A stretch of DNA of 64,000 bases, from the NCBI GenBank assembly GCA_963842525.1, contig CAWJGT010000009.1, positions 480,001-544,000 on the forward strand, in the 5' to 3' direction. This document shows, one piece after another, positions 53,051 to 62,614 of this stretch. Within the stretch, counting starts at the first letter, position 1, and each line of letters opens with the position of its first letter. Source of the DNA: an uncultured Holophagales bacterium (lineage in GTDB: Bacteria; Acidobacteriota; Thermoanaerobaculia; Multivoradales; UBA5704). The translations under genes and the position numbers were made by a program. The notes under the pieces were generated by a model, which saw only the letters and a list, made by a program, of their open reading frames with translations, was not told the DNA's origin and searched no databases.

Positions 53051-53561
53051 CTCGCAAGCGGAAGCCGTGTGCGATGCCGGGCCGTTGATCCATCTCGACG
53101 AGCTGGGCAGCTTGGATTTCCTATCTGATTTCGCGGCAGTCTTCGTGCCCGGCGCGGTTTGGGAAGAGGTGGAACGGTATCGACCGGGGGTTCTGGGAAA
53201 GGCCTCCTTTCCTCTGATCTACCTGCCTGTCGAGATTTCCCGAGATGCAGGATTCGAGACCCTTGTCCGGGCCTTCAATCTCGGAGCCGGCGAGCAGGCG
53301 GCGCTCTCCTTGATGGGATCGCATCCGGGTGCGATCTTTCTCTCTGACGATGCCGCTGCCAGGTTGGCAGCCAAAGCCCTCCATTTTCGATCTCAGGGGA
53401 CGCTCGGAGTTCTCCTGCGCTCCCTTCGGCGCGGTCTCTGCACCCGAGCGCAGGTACTCGGGCTCCTCCGAGAGATCCCGGAGAAGTCGACCCTCCACAT
53501 TCGGCCGGGGCTCCTGCAGAGCGTGATTGAGGAGGTCGAGGAGTCCGGGGTAGGTGCCTGA
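53037..53561 (+). CDS. PIN-domain (DUF3368-like) toxin
   Basis: VCDAGPLIHL, VP.AVWEEV, LGAGE..AL, LSDDAAAR, GTLGVL. Confidence 0.85.
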   Translation: MEPIDSQAEAVCDAGPLIHLDELGSLDFLSDFAAVFVPGAVWEEVERYRPGVLGKASFPLIYLPVEISRDAGFETLVRAFNLGAGEQAALSLMGSHPGAIFLSDDAAARLAAKALHFRSQGTLGVLLRSLRRGLCTRAQVLGLLREIPEKSTLHIRPGLLQSVIEEVEESGVGA

Positions 53562-53609
53562 GCTCTTCTAAGGCCGCCCTCCGCAAGAACGTTTTTCAGG
53601 GCGCATCGT

Positions 53610-55130
53610 ATGAAGGGCATGAAAAACACACTCACGGCACTTTTCGTCACCCTGGCAAGCCTCTCTCTGGGTCATACCGCCCAGGCTCCTGCCGCGGCGC
53701 CGCTGGCGAAGGACGCCGCCTTCGAAGCCCGCATCCACCGCGTCGAGAACGGGCTGCTGCCGGCCGTCCTCGTCAAGGGCGCGCCGCCGGCAACGATGAG
53801 CCTGGCCGAGCGGATGCAGTTCTACAAGGTGCCGGGCGTGAGCGTCGCGGTCATCAACGAAGGCCGCGTCGAATGGGCGCGCGGTTTCGGCGTCAAGGAA
53901 GCGGGCAAGAGCGATCCGGTCACGCCCGAGACGCTGTTCCAGGCCGGCTCGATCAGCAAGCCGGTCGCGGCGCTTGCCGCGCTCCGCCTCGTACAGGACG
54001 GGCGGCTCAGCCTCGACGAGGACGTGAACGCGAAGCTCGTCTCGTGGAAGGTGCCGGAGAACGAATTCACCCGCGAGCAGAAGGTGACGTTGCGCCGTCT
54101 CCTGAGCCACACCGCCGGCCTGACCGTGCACGGCTTCCCCGGCTACGCGGCGGACGTGCCCGTGCCCACCGTCGTCCAGGTGCTCGACGGTACGAGCCCC
54201 GCGAGTCCTGCGAACCCCGCAAACACCGCGGCCGTCCGCGTGGACACCGTGCCTGGCACGCTGTGGCGCTATTCGGGGGGCGGCTACACGGTCATGCAGC
54301 AGCTCCTGGTCGACGTGACCCAAAAGCTGTTTCCCGACCTCCTGCAGCAAACAGTCTTCGAGCCGCTCGGCCTCCGCCACAGCACCTACGAGCAGCCGCT
54401 GCCCACGTCGTTTGCCGTACTGGCCGCGACCGCGCACAACAACGGCCAACCCATCCCGGGGCGCTGGCACATCTATCCCGAAATGGCCGCCGCCGGCCTG
54501 TGGACGACGCCCGCGGACCTGGCGCAGATTGCCATCGAGATCCAGCGCACCCTCGCCGGCCACTCCAACAAGATCCTGACACCGGCGACGGCGCGGCAGA
54601 TGGTCACCGTGCAGATGGAGGACTACGGGCTCGGGCCTGGCGTCGAGGGCACGGGCGCCTCTGCGCGTTTCAGCCACGGCGGCGTGGACGAGGGCTTCGA
54701 GGCCTTCTGGATCGCCTATGAGAGCACGGGGCAGGGCGCGGTCGTGATGACGAACGGCGCCGGCGGCACGGCCCTCGTCATGGAGGTGATCCGTGCGGTC
54801 GCGCGCGAGTACAAATGGCCCGACTTCGCACCCCAGGAGCGCGCGCTCGCCACCGTCGATCCCAAGACGCTCGCGGCCTACGCCGGCACCTACGAGCTCC
54901 GGGTGTCGCCGGAGCGCACCATCACGCTCGCTGTGACCAGCGAGCAGGGCAAGATCTACACCCTGCAGGAGGGCGGTTCGAAAAACGAATGGCTGCCGTC
55001 CTCCGAGACCGAGTTCTTCCGCACCGCCTCGGGGACCACCCTGCAATTCGTCAAGGACGAGCAGGGGCGCATCGGCGAGCTCGTCATCCATCAAGGCGGA
55101 CAGGACTATCGCGGGCAGAGGGTCAAGTGA
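53610..55130 (+). CDS. Serine hydrolase, beta-lactamase class C-like, with C-terminal DUF3471-like domain
   Basis: Signal peptide; FQAGSISK (SxxK), LLSHTAG, YSGGG, AAAGLW, HGG. Confidence 0.92.
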   Translation: MKGMKNTLTALFVTLASLSLGHTAQAPAAAPLAKDAAFEARIHRVENGLLPAVLVKGAPPATMSLAERMQFYKVPGVSVAVINEGRVEWARGFGVKEAGKSDPVTPETLFQAGSISKPVAALAALRLVQDGRLSLDEDVNAKLVSWKVPENEFTREQKVTLRRLLSHTAGLTVHGFPGYAADVPVPTVVQVLDGTSPASPANPANTAAVRVDTVPGTLWRYSGGGYTVMQQLLVDVTQKLFPDLLQQTVFEPLGLRHSTYEQPLPTSFAVLAATAHNNGQPIPGRWHIYPEMAAAGLWTTPADLAQIAIEIQRTLAGHSNKILTPATARQMVTVQMEDYGLGPGVEGTGASARFSHGGVDEGFEAFWIAYESTGQGAVVMTNGAGGTALVMEVIRAVAREYKWPDFAPQERALATVDPKTLAAYAGTYELRVSPERTITLAVTSEQGKIYTLQEGGSKNEWLPSSETEFFRTASGTTLQFVKDEQGRIGELVIHQGGQDYRGQRVK

Positions 55131-55198
55131 GCGGCTGCCCTGTGAAACAATTCGGGGAGATCTCCCACGGAGGGTAGAGGCGTTCACACGGAGGGCCG

Positions 55199-56181
55199 AT
55201 GCTCAAGATCCTGATCTCGGGTGGGTTCAACGAAGAAGACAAGAAGTCCCTCGACGCCGTGCAGACGTTTGCGCGGCACCTGGGGGAGCAGGTCGTGCGC
55301 AGGGGGCACACCCTGTTGAGCGGCTGCCGGACGAGCCTGGATGCAGTGGTGGCGGAAGGGGCCGGCGCGGCTGCCGAGGACCTGAAGCTGGAGCCGGAGA
55401 CCCGGCTCATCAGCTATGTGATGGCCGGAGAGCAGCAGGCGTTCGGCCGCGGCAGCGTCCTCATGTCGCGGCTGAGCGATTGGGAAGCGGGAGCCCGCGC
55501 CTGCGCGTTCCGGAGCCGATCGAACAAGCGGACGCGGTCATCCTCCTCGGCGGCTTCAAGGGGACCCACCGCGCCGCGAACTGGGCCCGGATCGCCAGGA
55601 AGCCGATCCTGCCCATCCCGCGCTTCGGCGGCGCCGCGAAGGACATCTATCACGAAGAGCTCGACTCGTTCCGGGCCTCGCATCTCGAACAGAGCGACTT
55701 CGAATCGCTCTCGGAGATGACCCCCGATCTCGAAAAGCTGGCAGGCCGGATCATCAGCCTGGCCGAGAAGGCCTGCATCTCCAGCAATGTTTTCGTGATG
55801 ATGTCCTTTTCGGAAGAGCCGGCCCTGGCGGATGCTCTCGAGTCGTTCCAGACGGTCTGCGACCGCTTCGGTTATCGGTGTCGCCGGATCGACGAGGAGA
55901 ACGATGTCGAACGGATCCTGCCGGAGATGCTGTCGCGCATCCGAAACTGCGCCTTCGTCATCGCCGATCTGAGCGAGCCGAGGCCGAACGTCTACTATGA
56001 GCTCGGCTACGCGGAGGGACAGGGCAAGCCGCTGATCGTCACGGCGAAGAAGGACACTGTGCTGCCCTTCGACACCAAGGACATCCCGGTGATCTTCTGG
56101 GAGAACCAGAAGGGACTCAAGGACAAGCTCGCCAAAAGGGTGGCCCACATCGCGGCCCGGCAGGGGCGGTCGGCTGCCTGA
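55199..56181 (+). CDS. SLOG-like + nucleoside 2-deoxyribosyltransferase/TIR-like protein, frameshifted near 55490
   Basis: N: ILISGG...LGEQVVRRGHTLLSGC...D...ADAVILLGG..GT...KPILPI..FGGAA; C: VFVMMSF...R.DE...IRNCAFVIADLS..RPNVYYELGYA.G..KPLI...LPFD. Confidence 0.75.
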
Positions 56182-56314
56182 AGCTATCGTGTGAGAAAAG
56201 CGCTCGTCACCCTGCTCATCGCGCTGGCAGGCCTGTCCGGCTGCCTTGACGCGCAGGCGCCGCCGAGTAAGTGAGCCGGACGATCCATCCCCTTCCTGCT
56301 GGTAAGATCGCGCC

Positions 56315-56512
56315 ATGGCTGAACAAGGCTCTGCTGGAAACGTCCTTGCCGCCCTTGCGAGCTTCTTCATCCCCGGATTGGGACAGCTCCTTCAGGGGCG
56401 CGTGCTCGTGGCGCTCGTCCACTTCGTGCTGGCAGGCGTACTGTGGATCTTCTTGCTGGGCTGGATCGTCCACATCTGGTCGATCATCGACGCGGCACGC
56501 TGGAAGGCGTAA
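56315..56512 (+). CDS. Small membrane protein (TM2-like)
   Basis: LAALASFFIPGLGQL.QGR...HIWSIIDA. Confidence 0.75.
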   Translation: MAEQGSAGNVLAALASFFIPGLGQLLQGRVLVALVHFVLAGVLWIFLLGWIVHIWSIIDAARWKA

Positions 56513-56565
56513 ACGGGTCCACATGACCTCGGCGGTGAGCCCAGGCGTTCAGGGGGAGTGACAAT

Positions 56566-56970
56566 ATGCGACTGGATATCTATTTGAACTATCGCGGGAA
56601 CTGCGAAGAGGCGTTCCGCTTCTACGAGCAACACCTTGACGGCAAGATCACGGGGATCGTACGGCATGGGGAACAGCCCAATCCGAGCATCCCGGCTGAT
56701 TGGAAGGAAAAGGTCCTTCACGCCCGCATCGAGATCGGCACAACAGTGCTCATGGGTGCGGACATTCCGACCGCCGAACCGATGCGAAGCGCCTACCTGA
56801 CGCTCACTCTGGATCGTGAGGAGGACGCGGAGCGCGTATACGCCCTGCTTGCGGACGGGGGTGAAATCTTCATGAAGATGGAGAAGACACCCTTCGCCAA
56901 TCGCTTCGCCATGCTCAGGGACAAGTTCGGCACGTCTTGGATGCTCCTTCATCAACCTGGCGGAGCGTAG
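56566..56970 (+). CDS. VOC/PhnB-family protein
   Basis: YLNYRGNCEEAFRFY, VLHARI, MGAD, F..LRDKFGTSWM. Confidence 0.9.
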   Translation: MRLDIYLNYRGNCEEAFRFYEQHLDGKITGIVRHGEQPNPSIPADWKEKVLHARIEIGTTVLMGADIPTAEPMRSAYLTLTLDREEDAERVYALLADGGEIFMKMEKTPFANRFAMLRDKFGTSWMLLHQPGGA

Positions 56971-57001
56971 AAGGTTCCGGAACCGTCATAGGGGCCGAGG
57001 C

Positions 57002-57066
57002 CGGTCAACGGCACCGAGGCTGATCAGCGGCGAGGCGTTGCTGACGACGGTCAAGATCGGCCGAGG
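57002..57066. repeat. 65-bp direct repeat of 59912-59976 (antitoxin end / PIN-toxin start junction)
   Basis: cggtcaacggcaccgaggctgatcag...tcaagatcggccgagg with 4 mismatches; minus strand reads LGRS* and LTVVSNASPLISLGAVDR. Confidence 0.9.
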
Positions 57067-57067
57067 A

Positions 57068-57481
57068 TCACCCACGCAGCTCTAGCGTGTAGTTCCAACC
57101 GAGGAACGAGTCTATATGGCGGACGAGCCGGAAGGAGACGCCCAGCCGGGGCGAGCGTAACCAGCCGCCTACACTGGGCCTGACTCGTGTGTAGACACCA
57201 CCCTTGAGGGTGTGGATGTCGAACCGGTCGATGAAGAGATATCCGAGCTTACGTTCGGCGATCAGGATGCCGAGGCCCAGCGCGAAAGCGCTTTTGACGA
57301 GGCTGTGCGTCGAGATCTCTTCCGGGCTCATGTCCGCATCCACGTCGCCCGCCAGGTAATCGATGCGCCCGTTCTCGGGGAAGGTGTCCGACTGCGCCCA
57401 CCTCCGGAAACCCTCGAAGGTGAAGGCGGCGGCCGGTATCTGGAAGCTCCCCTTGGACGAAGCTGCGTGCGCTCGAGCCAT
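57068..57481 (-). pseudogene. Uma2-family endonuclease with catalytic core deleted
   Basis: N-terminal F.RW...FPE.GRIDY..G....MSPE...H and C-terminal WLRSP.LG..F are present; the PD / VEI.S / EYW core is missing. Confidence 0.7.
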
Positions 57482-57608
57482 GAGACGATCTTACTCCACT
57501 CGATCTGTGTTCCGTTGCGGAACAAGATGCCTGGAGAGCCTGAAGAGGTGCAACCCGCTCCGGGGGTGACGGCTTGACGAAATGGGAGACCTGTGGAAAC
57601 CTTGAGCC

Positions 57609-57797
57609 ATGACGGACGCTGCCCGCCGGATCGTCGAGACGTTCGAGGCACTGCCCGAAGAGGACAGGCAGACTGTTGTCGTAGAGATCCTTCGCCGGAC
57701 CGCGGCCGATGTCTACCCAGCCCTGGAAGATAAGGATCTCGTGCTCGCGGCCGAGCAGGTATTCCTTGAGCTCGATCGCCGCGAGCAAGAGGAGTGA
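57609..57797 (+). CDS. Putative antitoxin
   Basis: 62 aa, acidic; GTGA overlap with the PemK toxin gene. Confidence 0.7.
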   Translation: MTDAARRIVETFEALPEEDRQTVVVEILRRTAADVYPALEDKDLVLAAEQVFLELDRREQEE

Positions 57798-58123
57798 GAT
57801 CTCCGCAAAGGGGCGAGGTCTGGCTCGTCGACCTCGGCCAGGCCGCCAAAGTTCGCCCCTGCCTCGTCCTGAGCATCCCTCTGGAGGACATTGACCGGGC
57901 CTTGGTCACTCTCGTACCCCATACGACGAGCCTCCGGCACTCTCGCTTCGAGGTCTCTCTGCGAGCGCACTTCCTCCGCCCCGGCGGATTTGATGCGCAA
58001 AACCTGGTAACGGTCCCAACCGCGAAATTGCTGCGGCTCCTTGGCAGACTGGCCCCGGCACAGCTTTCCGAGGTCGAAGCGCGAGTGCGCACCTGGTTGG
58101 GCCTTGCGGATCGACAAGGCTGA
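57794..58123 (+). CDS. PemK/MazF-family toxin
   Basis: PQRGEVWLVDLG..AKVRPCLVLS...LVPHTT. Confidence 0.9.
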   Translation: MRSPQRGEVWLVDLGQAAKVRPCLVLSIPLEDIDRALVTLVPHTTSLRHSRFEVSLRAHFLRPGGFDAQNLVTVPTAKLLRLLGRLAPAQLSEVEARVRTWLGLADRQG

Positions 58124-58190
58124 CCCCTCTTCCGACTCAGAAGGCGAAGCGGTCGTGATCCCGCTCGCGGAAGTCTTTCGCTGAGCCCGC

Positions 58191-59165
58191 CTACAGCCCC
58201 CCGTCCAGCAGAGGCCAGACAACTCCCGCAAGAAACGGCCGATGGAAGAGGATGGGGAGGGGGAGCACGAGCCAGAAGAGCGTCCAGGTGCGACCGATCC
58301 AGGCGCGTTGGGACACGGGATGGCCGGTTCGCTCCAGCCGCCGCTCGGTCAGCATCAGGACGCCGTGCAGGGCGAAGTAGGAGAGCGGCAGGCCGAAGCC
58401 GCGGTTCACCGGCAGGCTGATGGCGATCTCATGAAGAAGGCCTGAGGCGAGAAAGGCGGCCACGGTGGCGGCCGGCCGGCCCACTCGAGGCAGGAGGGGC
58501 CGGTAGATGCCGAGCGCCGTCATCTCCGAGAAGGCGAGGTTCCAGCGTCGGCCCCAGAACTCCGTCAGGCTCCGGGAGCGGAGAGGAGCCCGGAAGAGCG
58601 TTTCGCAGCGGGCTCCGGCCAGCCGCCAGCCGCCCGCCAGGATGTTGCAGAGCCCGAAGTGGAGGATGAGGCTCAGACCCGGCAGGGCCAGGACGGTGGC
58701 GGCGACGGCGTAGCCCTCGGCCCAGACCCGGCGGGCGGCCAGGAGAAGGACCGCACCCACGGCGAGGCGGACGAGGCCGCTGCCGATCAACCGGAGACCT
58801 CCGGGCTGCGAACGGGCTCCCAGGCTCGCGAAGAGGCTGGGTCGCATCCCCGGCCAGGCGGCGGCGAAGGCGAGCCAGCGGAGCGGAGAGAGGGTCTTCC
58901 CCGCGGCGGCCTCCTCGACGCTGACCACCGCCTTCATGCCGAAGAGGAGCGCTCCCAGGATGCCGAGCATGCGGAACCCCGCGGGCTCGCTCGCGGTGAG
59001 GCGCTCGGCACCGGCGAAGGCGAGGATCACGAGCGACCAGGCCGCGACCCGGGCGCGAGGCAGGGAGGCGATGCGGCGGATGACGAGGCCGAGCGCGAGG
59101 GTGACGGCGAGGAGCGCCACGCCGGCCCATGCGATCAGGGGGTCCGACGGCGTATAGGCGCTCAT
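58191..59165 (-). CDS. MBOAT / wax-synthase-like membrane O-acyltransferase
   Basis: APLRSRSLTEFWGRRWN, AFLASGLLHE (catalytic His); multiple TM segments. Confidence 0.88.
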   Translation of the reverse strand: MSAYTPSDPLIAWAGVALLAVTLALGLVIRRIASLPRARVAAWSLVILAFAGAERLTASEPAGFRMLGILGALLFGMKAVVSVEEAAAGKTLSPLRWLAFAAAWPGMRPSLFASLGARSQPGGLRLIGSGLVRLAVGAVLLLAARRVWAEGYAVAATVLALPGLSLILHFGLCNILAGGWRLAGARCETLFRAPLRSRSLTEFWGRRWNLAFSEMTALGIYRPLLPRVGRPAATVAAFLASGLLHEIAISLPVNRGFGLPLSYFALHGVLMLTERRLERTGHPVSQRAWIGRTWTLFWLVLPLPILFHRPFLAGVVWPLLDGGL

Positions 59166-59587
59166 CCTCCACCAGCGCGCAGATGGCTCACCAGCGCGGC
59201 TCCGTAGACCGCCACGAGGTAGGCGAAGAGGGTGACGAGAGCGGCCTCGGCAGCCCGGAACTTGAAGCCGGTCGGCGCGGATCGGCGATCGAGCAAGGCG
59301 AACTGCAGGACGAGCCGGGCGCCCCAATAGAGTGCGATGAACCCGCAGACGGCGGCAGCCAGGGGTGTGCGGTCGAGGAGCCAATCCGGCGCGAGCAGGG
59401 AGAGGAGCCCGAAGCAGATATGGAAGCACCAGATATAGGCGGCATACACCCAGAAGACCTGGCGGGTGAGCGGCTGCAGCCGCGCCGTGTCCTCGCGCCA
59501 TCCCAGGGCGCGAGGAATGGCGAGGCTCGCCGCAGCGAGGGCGAGCTGGCCGAGTCCCGCCGCCATCAAGAGTGAGCGGAGCAGCAT
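59162..59587 (-). CDS. Membrane protein co-transcribed with the MBOAT gene
   Basis: Four TM segments; IP..L.W.......L.PL.RQVFWVY..YI, YW.ARL.LQF. Confidence 0.75.
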   Translation of the reverse strand: MLLRSLLMAAGLGQLALAAASLAIPRALGWREDTARLQPLTRQVFWVYAAYIWCFHICFGLLSLLAPDWLLDRTPLAAAVCGFIALYWGARLVLQFALLDRRSAPTGFKFRAAEAALVTLFAYLVAVYGAALVSHLRAGGG

Positions 59588-59604
59588 CGAAGGTCTCCTT
59601 GGTT

Positions 59605-59847
59605 TAGAAGGCGTTTGGAAAATCAGCCCCGCCAGGGGCGGCCGAGATTAGCCCGGGATTTCAATCCCGGGAACGAGCGCATTCCAAACCCCCCGGAGCC
59701 CCGCCAGGGGCGACAGGAACCCGATCGGCGATGTCCTGCCGCCCCTACCGGGGCTGGATGGTGGGTTTGCGCCTCCCAACCCGGCACTGAAGTGCCGGGC
59801 TAATTTCGTCCGCCCCTTGCGGGGCTCGATTTCCAAACACCCTCTTA
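59605..59847. repeat. MITE/REP-like composite palindromic element
   Basis: Imperfect terminal inverted repeats (gtttggaaa...agcccc...ggggcgg...ttagcccgg / ccgggctaa...ccgcccc...ggggct...tttccaaac) around internal hairpins. Confidence 0.75.
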
Positions 59848-59886
59848 GATCGAGCGTCTTCTATCTTGGTTCAAACCTCTACCGCT

Positions 59887-59964
59887 TCAGAGCTGATGCA
59901 ACAGCTCAAGACGGTCAACGGCACCGAGGCTGATCAGAGGTGAGGTGTTGCTGACGACGATCAA
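59887..59964 (-). pseudogene. Truncated DUF3368/PIN toxin (25 codons)
   Basis: MIVVSNTSPLISLGAVDRLELLHQL*; overlaps the UPF0175 stop. Confidence 0.75.
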
Positions 59965-60206
59965 GATCGGCCGAGGCTGCGCAGGGTCGAGAGGTCCTGC
60001 TCGAATTCCTCGACGTCATAGTGGATGGGGATGCCGCGGCTGGCCAGGAGGTGCTGGAAACGGAGGCGGTCCAGTCCGGCCAGGCTCGTGGCCTGCCCCA
60101 GGGTGAGGCGGTCTTTCTGGAAAAGCAGGACAGCCAATTCCTGGCGCAGCTCTCCCGCGGACATCCGAGCCGCTTGGAGGATCTCGTCTGGAATCGTGAC
60201 GCTCAT
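59961..60206 (-). CDS. UPF0175-family antitoxin
   Basis: ELRQELAVLLFQ..RLTLGQA..LAG..R..FQ.LL..RGIP.HY..EEF..DL. Confidence 0.88.
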   Translation of the reverse strand: MSVTIPDEILQAARMSAGELRQELAVLLFQKDRLTLGQATSLAGLDRLRFQHLLASRGIPIHYDVEEFEQDLSTLRSLGRS

Positions 60207-60373
60207 GATGAATGCCCCGATCCTCAATGTACCACGCAGGCCAGATCATCGGGGATTGTGCCAGGTCCTGGACGTTCGTGGTGGCGGGGGACGGAGACGC
60301 CCTGACCGTGTCGTAACCGGTAAGGTGTGGGAACGGACTAGGGCGTCTCTACGGCGCGTTGCACAGGATTTGT

Positions 60374-62557
60374 CTACGGCTCGCCGCCCTCTTCCTCCTC
60401 GCCTCCCGGGCAGGTCTCCACCTCCGGAATCCACCGCTTCTCCGCGGCTTCCAGGCCGAGGTCGGTGTTGCGGCAGCAGCGGACGAGCTCGCGATAGAAG
60501 CGGTCCGCGGAGCCCGGGGCGCGCTTTTTGATCCAGGTGCCGGCGGTGGCGAGCGCTTCGGCCTTCTGGTCGCTGCCGTCGGGGAGGAGAGCGGCGGCTT
60601 CCCAGGCGAGGTCGGCGGCCTTGTAGCGGTAGTGGAAGCGCAGGTAAGGATTGAGCCGGCTCTGCTTCACCCGCTCTTCCTCGTCCGGGCCGGGGACCAG
60701 ATGCTTGTTCTTCCGGCGCATTTCGAAGGGTATGGGAAAACCGTTCATCTCGTACTGGCCGTCGTAGATCCGCCAGTCGGGGCCGATCTCGGTGCCCTGG
60801 AGCGCCAGGCCATAGTGGCGGGCCACACAGGCGGCCTCGAAGAGGGCGCGGGAGCGGTCGGCTGCCGGCTTTGCGGCGTCGCGTCCCTGGCCCAGGTTCT
60901 TGTCCAGCGCCGCGATCCAGGGTTGGGAGGCGGCGGGCAGATATGCCGCGGCTTCGCGGAGGCGGCCGGCGCGGGCGAGGCGGCGGCCCAGCAGGTACCG
61001 GATGTCGTGGGCCACGCCCATGGGATCCGGCGAGGTGACGCCCTCGAACCAGTCGGGCGGCTTGTCGCCGGTGCGGCCGGGCGGCCATTGCTCGTCCACG
61101 TAGGTTTTCAGCTCGTCGAGCGTCAGCACCTGCTCGGCCAGGTAGGCGGCGTCCAGCCAGAAGCCGCCGCGCAGGAAATTGTGGAGCGCCTCGGGGTAGC
61201 GCCCCTGGGTGGTGAGGACCACGCCGCGCTCGCCGGACGCGAGCGGCCCGGCCGCAATCCTGCCGCCCGTGCCCCAGGGGCGGTAATGGTCCTCGTCCTC
61301 GGAGGCCAGCTTCGCGGCGCCGAGCCGGCTCGCGGCCTGGGCGAGAAGGTCTTCGGCCTGGGCCAGCTTGCCGTCGCGGAGCAGCAGCTTGGCGCGGACC
61401 CAGGACGTCATCCCGAGGCCCTCGGACGCCAGCTTCAGCCACTCGCGGGCCGCTTCGTAGTCGGCGCCCTGGTAGGCGACCCAGGCGAGCCGCTCGGCGC
61501 CGCCGACGTCCTTGACCCCGGCCGCCTTGACCGCCGCGAGCCACCGGGAGACCTCGGGGTCCGGCGCCTCGGCAGCTCCTCCCTCAACATCCTGGATGCC
61601 GTACTGCGAGCCCCAGGGCGCCTCGTGCCGCCAGGCTAGGAACGCCGTGAGGATTCCGCGCGACTCCGGCGAGCGGGCCACCGGGAGGAGCGCGTCGGAG
61701 CCGGCCTTGAGTGCCTGCCGGGAGGTGTACTGGAGCGAGGAGAGGGCGAGCGGATCGCCGCTCTCGGCGTGGCGGGCATAGAGCACGAGGGCCTTGTCGT
61801 AGTGGCCTTGCCCGAGGCTCGCCCGCGCCTCCCAGCCCAGGCTGGCGGCGGCGAGGCCGAGGCTGTCCTCCAGCTCCTTTTCGGCGAGCTCTCGGGTGCG
61901 TTGGAACCAGGGCACGGCCGCTTGCGGATCCTTCCGGCGCAGGGCGGTCTTGCCGAGCATGAAGGCCGCCCAGGTGGACCGCCACCGCCGCTGGTCCTCC
62001 GGCCTCTGGAGGAGCCTCTCCCAGGCGGCGCGCGCCGCGTCGAGACGCCCCTGGTGGTAGGCAATCGCCCCTTCCAGGTAGTCGGCGAATTCGGCAGGCA
62101 CCCCGGCCGGCGTCCGGAGATCGGCCGGCAACGGTGTTGGAGGGGGTGGCGGCGCCGGCTCATCTCCCCTTTGGAAGACGCCGGCGGACTCGGCATGCTC
62201 GCGCAGCCGGGTGCGGACCCGGGAGTACTCGGCGACCAGCGCCTGTCGCGGCGCGGCCGTCATGCCGCCCTTTTCGAGCGCCTTGCGCAGGTCCGCCAGG
62301 TCCGTTGCCGCGGTCTGGGCGAAGGGGTCGTTGTCGGCTGGCGGCACGGACTTGAACGGCGTCCGGAGGAACCGGAGCCATGCCGCGAGCTCCTGCCGCA
62401 AGGGAAGGGCCGCCGCGTCGAGGACGGATGCCTCGTCGCCGGTCAGCCAGTTGGGGAAGAACGGCCCGCAGGCCCACAAGGCGAACGTCCCCGCGGCGGC
62501 TAGGACGAGGACGGCGAGGACGCGGGCGGCGAAAGGCCGGAGGCGGAGGGGCTCCAT
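60374..62557 (-). CDS. Exported TPR-rich hypothetical protein
   Basis: Signal peptide ending ACGPFFP; TPR-like helices; W.DAAYLAE.VLT.DELK, GTE..PD, RFHYRY.A. Confidence 0.75.
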   Translation of the reverse strand: MEPLRLRPFAARVLAVLVLAAAGTFALWACGPFFPNWLTGDEASVLDAAALPLRQELAAWLRFLRTPFKSVPPADNDPFAQTAATDLADLRKALEKGGMTAAPRQALVAEYSRVRTRLREHAESAGVFQRGDEPAPPPPPTPLPADLRTPAGVPAEFADYLEGAIAYHQGRLDAARAAWERLLQRPEDQRRWRSTWAAFMLGKTALRRKDPQAAVPWFQRTRELAEKELEDSLGLAAASLGWEARASLGQGHYDKALVLYARHAESGDPLALSSLQYTSRQALKAGSDALLPVARSPESRGILTAFLAWRHEAPWGSQYGIQDVEGGAAEAPDPEVSRWLAAVKAAGVKDVGGAERLAWVAYQGADYEAAREWLKLASEGLGMTSWVRAKLLLRDGKLAQAEDLLAQAASRLGAAKLASEDEDHYRPWGTGGRIAAGPLASGERGVVLTTQGRYPEALHNFLRGGFWLDAAYLAEQVLTLDELKTYVDEQWPPGRTGDKPPDWFEGVTSPDPMGVAHDIRYLLGRRLARAGRLREAAAYLPAASQPWIAALDKNLGQGRDAAKPAADRSRALFEAACVARHYGLALQGTEIGPDWRIYDGQYEMNGFPIPFEMRRKNKHLVPGPDEEERVKQSRLNPYLRFHYRYKAADLAWEAAALLPDGSDQKAEALATAGTWIKKRAPGSADRFYRELVRCCRNTDLGLEAAEKRWIPEVETCPGGEEEEGGEP

Positions 62558-62614
62558 GGCATCTATCTTAGCCGGGCGTGAGATAGGATTCGACCTTCAC
62601 CCGGGAGGGTCTCC

